A stretch of 63,514 nucleotides of DNA, counting the filler, from Stramenopiles sp. TOSAG23-2 (lineage: Eukaryota), in NCBI GenBank assembly GCA_900128395.1. It is 8 parts of 8 records of this genome, joined end to end, with 100 filler letters (N's around TTAATTAATTAA, not from the genome) between each part and the next. Parts side by side here need not be neighbours in the genome. Positions count along the whole stretch, not along the records: positions 47,766 to 55,592 come from LT650270.1; positions 55,693 to 63,514 come from LT650271.1; 6 more parts are not named here. One strand, written 5' to 3'. Positions 55,179 to 63,514 of this stretch are shown here, piece after piece (the stretch's first letter is position 1; each line of letters opens with the position of its first letter). The translations under genes and the position numbers were made by a program. The notes under the pieces are model-generated. The model was given only the letters and a program-made list of their open reading frames with translations. It had not been told where the DNA came from and ran no database searches.

Positions 55179-55592
55179 TCAAATTGATGTAGAATCGTAT
55201 AAATAAACATTTGAACTAGTGGACATATTATCTTCACCCATCACTTTTGTTTGAACAGGTTTTAAAAATTCAACAGGCCATCCAATAACAACACACCTTT
55301 TACGCATGCCATCAATATCCTTTTTACTATTCAAAAATTTCAAAAATATATCTTTCAAGATAGTAAATGAATCTGGTATTAAATAAACAACAAGTATAGT
55401 AATTGGATCAAAAAACGTATTATCCAATTTAGTAGCATCACCATGTATAAATTCAATACGCGTTGCAGGTATATTACGTTCCTTTGCATTTTTATTTGCA
55501 CGAATAATTAATTTCTCATCGATATCAATACCAATAGCTTTTTTTGTATTGAAGCGTTGTATTGCCCAAATAGGAATTCTACCATCACCACA
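55179..55592 (-). CDS. FAM173/ANTKMT-like lysine methyltransferase, 5'-truncated
   Basis: Frame open from the contig end: CGDGRIP...AIGIDIDEKLI...IEFIHGDA...VVYLIP...VVIGWP. Confidence 0.8.
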   Translation of the reverse strand, partial: CGDGRIPIWAIQRFNTKKAIGIDIDEKLIIRANKNAKERNIPATRIEFIHGDATKLDNTFFDPITILVVYLIPDSFTILKDIFLKFLNSKKDIDGMRKRCVVIGWPVEFLKPVQTKVMGEDNMSTSSNVYLYDSTSI

Positions 55593-55692
55593 NNNNNNNN
55601 NNNNNNNNNNNNNNNNNNNNNNNNNNNNNNNNNNNNTTAATTAATTAANNNNNNNNNNNNNNNNNNNNNNNNNNNNNNNNNNNNNNNNNNNN
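55593..55692. other. Artificial contig spacer
   Basis: N44-TTAATTAATTAA-N44. Confidence 0.99.
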
Positions 55693-55796
55693 ATTTTTCC
55701 ATATTTTTCAAATAAACGTTCCAATATAGTATTATCTTCTTCCGTAACGGACGACAATGTCGTGCATGCTTTCATGTTTGATGATGATAATGCCAT
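55693..55796 (-). CDS. N-terminus of an unknown gene running off the contig
   Basis: aaaagaATG start, MALSSSNMKACTTLSSVTEEDNTILERLFEKYGK..., open to the contig edge. Confidence 0.45.
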
Positions 55797-55999
55797 TCTT
55801 TTATTGTTTCTCCACTTTTAATATATATATATATTATATTTATATCTCTACTATTTTTCACTCACTATCACAGACGACTCTTGTCATTCAATTCAATTTC
55901 TATTAATAATACTTCGTACATATTTTATATAAATAAAATAGCAAGCCTGGGCAAGCAGTATACACAAAGATATAGAAAGGAAAAAAATTGCACACTAAT

Positions 56000-56203
56000 A
56001 TACAACATATAATATCATTTGTTCTTATCGAATTATTCCCATCGTCAATACATTTTATATAAAGAGTTTATAAAGATACTACTATACAACAACAATAAAA
56101 AATACAACATATAATATCATTTGTTCTTATCGAATTATTCCCATCGTCAATACATTTTATATAAAGAGTTTATAAAGATACTACTATACAACAACAATAA
56201 AAA
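56000..56203. repeat. Tandem duplication, 102-bp period, immediately upstream of apaG
   Basis: atacaacatataatatcatttg...caacaacaataaaaa x2. Confidence 0.93.
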
Positions 56204-56204
56204 T

Positions 56205-56780
56205 ATGAGTCGAGTCCAACTTAAAAAAAAAATACATTTCTTAAAACGCCAATTAACAAATAGTGATGAATATACAACTAAAATTGAAATTACCCCAATT
56301 AAAATTCCTGTTAAATCAGAATGTATCACGGAAGGTATTAAAATAAATGTCCAAAGTTTGTATCTAGAACGAGAATCGTTGCCGGAGAGAAATTATTATC
56401 AATGGATATATCAAGTAAATATCAAAAACGAAGGGGACGAAACTGTACAATTAATTTCGCGTCACTGGATCATTAATCATAATAATGGTAAGACGGAAAA
56501 CGTTGGCCCTAAAGCCCCTGGCGTAGTTGGTAAATATCCAGTTTTAAGACCAGGTGATAGTTTTGAATACAATAGTGGATGTCCATTGAGAACACCTTAT
56601 GGATCAATGTCAGGTTCATTTGAAATGGTAGTATTGGAGGAAATAAAAACAGATGATGGAAGGGTAGGATATAAACATACAAAAGAGCGATTTGATGCAT
56701 TTGTAGCTCCCTTTGGTCTTACGATGGATGGTAAAGATGCTATTATGCCTCAAGAACAAGTAGTAGGAGAATTAGATTGA
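56205..56780 (+). CDS. apaG: ApaG-domain protein
   Basis: ITEGIKINV, YQWIYQVNIKN, TVQLISRHWII, GVVGKYPVL, FEYNSGCPL and GSMSGSF. Confidence 0.92.
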   Translation: MSRVQLKKKIHFLKRQLTNSDEYTTKIEITPIKIPVKSECITEGIKINVQSLYLERESLPERNYYQWIYQVNIKNEGDETVQLISRHWIINHNNGKTENVGPKAPGVVGKYPVLRPGDSFEYNSGCPLRTPYGSMSGSFEMVVLEEIKTDDGRVGYKHTKERFDAFVAPFGLTMDGKDAIMPQEQVVGELD

Positions 56781-56905
56781 ATTATACACACAACAAACAC
56801 ATATAATTAAGTGTTCACTAATTTTTGTGATAAATTTAAAAATATAATATGCTGAGAAGTACGAACCGTATTATATATATATATATTATACGAATATAAT
56901 AAAAA

Positions 56906-59046
56906 TTACCACATTGATTGACGTCTACTAACTTGATGATTTCCTCCAGTAGAGGATGTATTAATAGCTGATGCCAAATCAAATGCACGAGTTTGCCTTC
57001 TACGTTTAGTACCAATGTGATTCATATTGCCACTACCGATATTGGTATTGGTGTTGTTGTTATTAAACCGATCTACATACAATGATGGTGCATATTTTGC
57101 TTTAATTTTCTCTTCCTCATTTGTCCATAATGCAATTAATGGTCGAAATCGATGTGTCGAAGGTGCCCTATTTACTACTTTTTCTAGAAACTCATATTGT
57201 CTTTGTTCAGATATACCATCGTTATTCCAAAAATCACTTAAAATACTTCTATCAACATCGCGATCATGTTCACTTTTCTTCTTTATCTCCAATGCCTTTT
57301 TCATCTTTAAATATTCTTCTTTCAATTGCAATTCTAATTCTTGCACACGTTGTTTCTCTTCCGTAAGTTCATTTCGTATACGTAAATCATTCATTTCAAT
57401 GTCTTTGATTTCTAAATTCAATACACTAATCTTTTCCATATGATCTTTTTTCGCTTTTTCTGCTACTTCACTTTCAATCCCATCCATCATGTTGTATAAA
57501 TCCTTTGTAAACGTTTCAACTTCACTTTCTATTTTTGCTATTTTACTGATATGTACATATAATATATATATAATAAAAAGATATTGTATAAATCCTTTGT
57601 AAACGTTTCAACTTCACTTTCTATTTTTGCTATTTTACTAGCATAATGATCTTTCGTTGCATGTGTTATCTTATCATACAAATCTTGGCGGGTTTTTCTA
57701 TCTACCATAGCATGTTGTTCATTTATTGCTTTGATACGATTCAATTCATTTTGTTTACTTTGTATCTTCGCTTGATTAATGAAACTTTTAATATTTAATG
57801 TTATTTTTAATTCTTTTATTAACTTTCGTATTTCTCGTGTTTTGTTAAATGTTTTTGATAATGATATTTTTAATTTCTCTTTACCAGGTGATAATTGTTC
57901 TTTTAACACTTTAGATGAATGTACTGAATTATTATCTACAAATAAATCTGGGAATCCATATTGAAATGATAACAAACGTTTTGTCTTGTTGTTGTTGTTG
58001 TTATTATTTTCCCCTTTCAATACAACATATGTCATCAATATTGCTAAATTTGTACGTTTAGTTAAATGATAATTGTATTTCAATTGTTTATATAATAAAC
58101 TATTTGTATCATCATTATCGATGACAACATTTAATGATTTTGATCTTTCAACTTTAATTAATTGCTTCGTAACACGTACTATATCACACATTACGCCTTT
58201 AATACAATTTAAATTTGCATTGGCTAATGTTGATATGAATTTTTCCAATGTAAATGGTGTATTGTTGAACTTCTTATCATTATTATCATCTTGATCATTA
58301 TTAGTACCATCATCATCATCATCATCATGAAACAAACTTTGTTGGATAAAGTATGATGTTGCCCATTCATAGATATGTTGCCATTTAAATGGTGCCAATT
58401 TACAAAATTGGTTTAATGCATAAATTATATCATCTACCATTAATTGCTTGTTATTTTGACTTGCTACTACATTATCTTGCAATAGATGAAATGTTTCTTT
58501 CCATCCTTTAACTAAATCAAAATTTCCACTTCGATATGTATTTTCATATATAATATTCAATGCATTGCGATCTTCACTTAAAACCGTTTCCAGATCATCC
58601 ATTAAATCAAGCTCATCCTCCTCATCATTATTAGTATCTTCCTTTTCCACATTCGTTTCCATATCACGAGCTTTGTTGCTATTATTATTATTATTATGTT
58701 TATCATTTTGTTGACGAACTTGATTCATTGTAATTTGTTGTTCAACATCATGTTTAATACTTTGAAATTTTTGTAATATTGTATTTATTTGACGTACATA
58801 TGGTACAAATTCTTCAATGTCCGAATCGGATACGTGTGGTAATGAATCATGAAAATGATGAATGGAATCAAATAATTTTTGCTCCAATGTTGATACATCA
58901 TCATTTCTTGCTTCCGTTTGCATTTTCAATGTTACATTAAATTCCTCGATCAATTTTTCATAATATACTTTTACATGTTTAAAATCTTTTAAATATGCCC
59001 TTACACTTAATGGTAATTTTGAACTTGGTGAAAATAATGATGTCAT
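56906..59046 (-). CDS. Coiled-coil hypothetical protein split into two ORFs by a 92-bp duplication/insertion (57548-57639)
   Basis: Removing one 56-bp repeat and the 36-bp insert joins ...ETFTKDLYN|MMDGIESE... in frame. Confidence 0.7.
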
Positions 59047-59057
59047 GTTTTTTTATT

Positions 59058-59330
59058 AAGGCGATAATATGCAACAAATCCAATATATGTATGTATATCT
59101 AATATCACCACGAAATCGAAGATTGTATATAAGATATGAGTATATATATGGATACTACTATGCTTGCAAAGAAGGCGATATGCAACACAAATCTGATATA
59201 TATATATGTATCTGATATCACCACGAAATCGAAGATTGATATATATGGATACTACTATATGCTTGCAAAGAAAAGGCGATATGCAACACAAATCCGAATA
59301 TATATATATATATAGATATTTATCTAATAT
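59058..59330. repeat. About 2.5 degenerate tandem units (~105-115 bp)
   Basis: aaggcgat..atgcaac.caaatc...tcaccacgaaatcgaagattg...ggatactactat..gcttgcaaag repeated. Confidence 0.85.
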
Positions 59331-59506
59331 TCCAATGTAATCCCAATACAGGATATGTACATATATAATATATATAATAAAAAGATATTATGTAGAATTA
59401 TTATTATAGAATATAAGTATATATATAACTATCTATCTATAATAGTTTGAAGCATAAATTCAATAAAAAGTAATCAATCTTGCATCTTAAGTCTCGTATA
59501 TATATA

Positions 59507-60601
59507 TCAAATTAATGATACATATACATATATATATATATAAATGTGTACACATATTTTTGGATCTCCGTGTGCGGAGTAAACATCATTCAAGTTTGCT
59601 TCGTTAACACCGTCTTGGGTGGCGGCCTCTTTTGCTAAACCGGGTAATGATAAAAATACCACTACGACCCTACGCCTTTCATTTTCAAATTGTGAGTTAG
59701 CACCTCTTGCCCGGATAATCGGTGGGAGGTATGCCGATGCAATCTCAGGACACGTTGCTAATTCTGCTGAGTATGTATCAATCATGCTTCCACGCTTTGA
59801 CATTCTTCTTTGTGTTTGCTCTTCATTTTCCTCTTCGTCCTGAATATCAGCATATTTCGTCTCCCTTGTAAGCGTCAATCCACCATAACATTTTACTGTT
59901 CCGGCTTTTGCCCTATCTAGAAGACTGGCTGCGATTTTGATGGGACGACCGGCAATCAAGAACCATCTTTGTTGACTTCTCTCAAATTCAGCCTTTGACA
60001 TGATACTTTCATCGACCCTTTTCATTCTCTGCCTTGCACTGTTTGACCTTGGCGATGATCCACGAAGCTCCTTTAAATGTATTCGTTGGAGTTGTCCAGA
60101 GGAAGCTAAGCCACCATGTAAATCGAGCTCTGGATTTGTATCTTTGACAATTTTTAGCATTTCAAGCGCACATTCTTTCGCACGCTCGAACGATTTTTCA
60201 TCTCCCATATCTTCAGGGTCTGACGGTATTGCTGAAAAAGTACAAATTAGGTAATCGCCTGCAATTTTGACTACTTCTCCCTCGTATCGATGGGTTACAT
60301 TTACCAACGCGGATATTGCGGCTGACATCTGTGCTGCAAATTCCTCCGCACCTTTTGCATCACCATATTCTGCAGTCAATTTTTCTCCCAGCGCTGTGAA
60401 TCCAGATATATCAGCAAGAAATAAACAAGCACCAATTAATTTCTTACTTGGTGCGTCCATTAACTTTCCATGCTCAATGATTTCCAATCTCACACTACGT
60501 GGAATCATCCCCGCATTCTTTGCGGACATAAACTGTTCCATTTCGCTACCTTTCGTTTCGTTGCCTGGTAAATCCAGGTCGACCTTGTATTTCTCTGCCA
60601 T
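59507..60601 (-). CDS. Soluble adenylate cyclase (ADCY10-like) N-terminal part, truncated in the second cyclase domain
   Basis: LFLADISGFTALGEKL, YEGEVVKIAGD and LHGGLASS; then YLPP...ENERRRVVVVFLSL (start of C2), after which the frame runs into a TA microsatellite. Confidence 0.78.
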   Translation of the reverse strand: MAEKYKVDLDLPGNETKGSEMEQFMSAKNAGMIPRSVRLEIIEHGKLMDAPSKKLIGACLFLADISGFTALGEKLTAEYGDAKGAEEFAAQMSAAISALVNVTHRYEGEVVKIAGDYLICTFSAIPSDPEDMGDEKSFERAKECALEMLKIVKDTNPELDLHGGLASSGQLQRIHLKELRGSSPRSNSARQRMKRVDESIMSKAEFERSQQRWFLIAGRPIKIAASLLDRAKAGTVKCYGGLTLTRETKYADIQDEEENEEQTQRRMSKRGSMIDTYSAELATCPEIASAYLPPIIRARGANSQFENERRRVVVVFLSLPGLAKEAATQDGVNEANLNDVYSAHGDPKICVHIYIYIYVYVSLI

Positions 60602-61040
60602 CTTCTCTGTTTAACCTGTTAGTTCTTTTATTTCTAAAATATGATTATTCTGTATTTTTTCTGTCTTTAAATCGTGTTTTTGTATTTTGTATTTCTTGTT
60701 TTTTTAAATAAGAATTTTGTCTATTAATTATTTGTTGCGCACCAGCATTATTATTTGTAATAATTTTATTTAAATAGCATGTAAATACAATGGGAGATTC
60801 CTACCGGAAGATCTTTACATTTTTGTACGGTGCTATCGATATACCCGGTATCGGTTGCATACTATGTCCATAGTAAGGAGCTGAGTGGTTGCCCCATTTT
60901 GGTAATCTTGATACAAACCTGTATGGTATATAAAGAATACGTCATATGAATACGTAATCCAGGTAATGTACTAATGTACAGTTCTGAAAATCTTATTAGT
61001 CTTGAAATATATACTTGTTAGAGCATACAGACGCGTAAAT

Positions 61041-61218
61041 CAAAACTGTGCACTAACAAAATAACACTATTCACTATAGGAAATATATGTATATAATTCG
61101 TTTTCTAAAATGCCAATTTTATTTTTCATGTATTTGTAAAAAATATCAAATATCCGAAAATATAGAACAAATGATGAATATTTTCCCCATAGTGAATAGT
61201 TTTAAGTGCACAGTTTTG
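61041..61218. repeat. Imperfect inverted repeat (degenerate MITE-like)
   Basis: caaaactgtgcact...actattcactat versus atagtgaatagt...agtgcacagttttg. Confidence 0.6.
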
Positions 61219-61573
61219 TTACGGTTTGCACTTTGCACAGTTCCTCGTATGTCACGCTTTAATAAATTTTCTATTGGATCAGATTGAGTTGATAGGGGAT
61301 GGAAGAAATCGTTATTTTACGGTTATTATTTTGACAAATATTTAGACTAAATATGTATAAATATATATATTATGTTACTATATCGATAATACAAATTACA
61401 AATCTGATGTGCGTGCATCTATAGATACATATATACTACACTATGAGACATAGAGAGAGAGAGAGAAAGATTGCATGGTGTATTACGTATTATAGAAGCT
61501 AGATAGATAGATACAAAGAAACATTAACCCCGTACAAAAAAAAAGTTGTTTTTCGAACTTGAACAAAAAAAAT

Positions 61574-61870
61574 ATGTCAACCGCTAAAGATGATGAAGTA
61601 AACCAGGAGGAGGATGAAGAAATTGAGGAACAGTCGGGTAATGAAGAAGAAGAAGAAGAAGAAGAAGAAGGAGAAGAAGAAGAAGAAGGTGACGAGGATG
61701 GCAGTAATAATAATAACGATGAAAATAGCAATAATAGTAAAGACGATGATGATGGTAAAACGGAAGTTACAAAAGATGCGGAGAATAAATTGTACCAGGG
61801 TACAAATCATTATACGACTCACCAAATGCACATTTTAAAGCAAAACGATTATTATAGGCGCAAGTTTTAA
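61574..61870 (+). CDS. Short acidic ORF; possibly the first exon or a fragment of a gene
   Basis: aaaaatATG start, poly-Glu, and host-like Asn/Asp tracts. Confidence 0.45.
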   Translation: MSTAKDDEVNQEEDEEIEEQSGNEEEEEEEEEGEEEEEGDEDGSNNNNDENSNNSKDDDDGKTEVTKDAENKLYQGTNHYTTHQMHILKQNDYYRRKF

Positions 61871-62143
61871 TAATCGCGGTTTGTATATCTCTTTCATTTT
61901 TAAAATATATCATATTATTTTGGTATGTGAGTAGAGAGAGATTGATGAGATTGATACGCGCGTGTAAAAGAGAGAGAGGACAAAATGTGTGTTATAGTAA
62001 CAGTGTGTGTCAAGATTTTATGATATTTATAAAATATATATTATATTATTACATACGGTATAAAATATGATACACGAAGAGTATGATATAATGTATAATA
62101 TACTGTGTACGAAGTTCGTATTTAAAAATTTTACGATCGTATA

Positions 62144-63028
62144 TCATACTATGCATAATTTTTTGTTCACACTATCATATCTATATTCACGTTTTCCACC
62201 TTTTGAACGTATAAGATCAATGATCTTTTGTTTAATTGGACTTTTATTATTATTATATGCCCAGTCCAGGGGAGTGGATCCCCTGGACCCGGTCTTCTTA
62301 TTAATGCTATTAAGAGACATATTAGTTAATAACAACTCAATCAACTCCGTATCCTTTTTGTTATTACGTGCTGCATAATGTAATGCATTACATCCAATAC
62401 TATTTGCAATATTAGGATCAGCTTCACATTGTTCAATCAAATATTTAATTATTTGGAAATGTTCGTTCCATGCAGCTATCGTTAAAGGTGTCCATCCATT
62501 ACCCCACCTATCTTTACCGACTTGATTCACGTATTCTTTCAATGTCATATTATTATTATTATTACCATTACTACCATTCACATCATTATGACCTGTAATC
62601 AATAATTTCACATCCTCAAAACGTCCTTTTTCACATGCACATACTATTGGCGTACCGTTTGGAAATTCTTCTTCGTATTTAATCTTTAATTCATTCGCCA
62701 ATTGTATTTTAAATTGATGTTGTATGTCTTTACATAGTTGATATAATGTATCATCGTTTCGATTTTTACAAAATAATTGAATAAAGGATGAATAGATCAA
62801 TGACCTTACTGATTTCATATCTAACATACTAAGGATGGTATAAACAATATTCCGCCCAGCACCACCACTTGGCAATATATCAATGAATGATGGATCATCT
62901 TTGATAATTATATTCATTTCACTCATTTCTTGAATAACATTAGATTCCATAACTTCTACATTGTTATTCGTAATGTCTTCACCTTTGCTTTCATCATCCT
63001 TGTTATTATTATTTGCAACGGATGTCAT
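62144..63028 (-). CDS. Ankyrin-repeat protein
   Basis: GTPIVCACEKG, GWTPLTIAAWNEH, GCNALHYAA and GSTPLDWA. Confidence 0.9.
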   Translation of the reverse strand: MTSVANNNNKDDESKGEDITNNNVEVMESNVIQEMSEMNIIIKDDPSFIDILPSGGAGRNIVYTILSMLDMKSVRSLIYSSFIQLFCKNRNDDTLYQLCKDIQHQFKIQLANELKIKYEEEFPNGTPIVCACEKGRFEDVKLLITGHNDVNGSNGNNNNNMTLKEYVNQVGKDRWGNGWTPLTIAAWNEHFQIIKYLIEQCEADPNIANSIGCNALHYAARNNKKDTELIELLLTNMSLNSINKKTGSRGSTPLDWAYNNNKSPIKQKIIDLIRSKGGKREYRYDSVNKKLCIV

Positions 63029-63349
63029 ATTTACTTAATTTAATTGCGTATACATATTATATGATGTATATATGTATATTTAGCTAACGTTTGAAAACTG
63101 CAATATATGATCAATGTTCAATTTTTTTTTAATTACACTCAAGTCATATATTAAATAATTGAAGTGTGAAATCTAAAAAAATAAAAAATATAATACGTCG
63201 CGGTAAGAAAAAAAAAAAATAATACTTATAATACTTTTCTATTAGACTAAAACTAAAACACTGTAATATACATGTAGGTCTGTGTATGTATGTATATGTA
63301 AAATTAAAAAATTAAAAAATCATTTTCATGTATAATCTCACACATAATT

Positions 63350-63514
63350 CTATTCTCTTGCACGTTTTCCACCTTTTGAACGTATAAGATCAATGATCTT
63401 TTGTTGAATTGGACTTTTATTATCATATGCCCAGTCCAGGGGAGTGAATCCCCTGGACGTCTTCTTATTAATGCTAGTAAGAGACATATTAGTTAATAAC
63501 AACTCAATCACCTC
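63350..63514 (-). CDS. 3' end of a tandem paralogue of the ankyrin gene, truncated by the window end
   Basis: EVIELLLTNMSLTSINKKTSRGFTPLDWAYDNKSPIQQKIIDLIRSKGGKRARE*, closely matching the C-terminus of 62144-63028. Confidence 0.88.
   Translation of the reverse strand, partial: EVIELLLTNMSLTSINKKTSRGFTPLDWAYDNKSPIQQKIIDLIRSKGGKRARE

Noticed and set aside
7891-55692. Identical TTAATTAATTAA palindromes recurring every ~7.9 kb
   Set aside because: They are artificial six-frame-stop spacers inside N runs; the periodicity only reflects length-sorted contigs.

Overview
This window is AT-rich, intron-poor nuclear DNA of a microbial eukaryote, possibly a stramenopile-like protist single-cell or metagenomic assembly; that taxonomy is inference only. 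It is not one locus. Eight unrelated contigs (7890, 7884, 7863, 7860, 7836, 7832, 7827 and 7822 bp, in decreasing length) are joined by 100-bp N/TTAATTAATTAA/N spacers, so gene neighbourhood is meaningful only within a contig. Housekeeping genes include BEACH-WD40, ATP-PFK, a PKD2-like channel, spliced mitochondrial L33 (missed by the ORF track), WNK kinase, a sorting nexin, spliced syntaxin-8/SYP5, mitoferrin, mitochondrial AspRS, ApaG, two protein methyltransferases and ankyrin proteins. The best candidate for a new system is an intronless gene (16328-18073) fusing an NPPx-type SAM methyltransferase to a two-cysteine Asp/Glu racemase. It may be a one-protein route to a methylated D-amino acid, and it sits next to a bacterial-like sulfatase. 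Other highlights are a ~280-bp covarying, structured SINE-like element on two contigs (one copy with an 11-bp target-site duplication, the other abutting a 5'-truncated CRE-clade retrotransposon), a CpG-depleted orphan ORF beside a MULE-like fragment, TACG/CGTA clusters in gene 3' flanks, an AKAP17A-RRM/fasciclin fusion, and an AspRS lacking its GAD domain.
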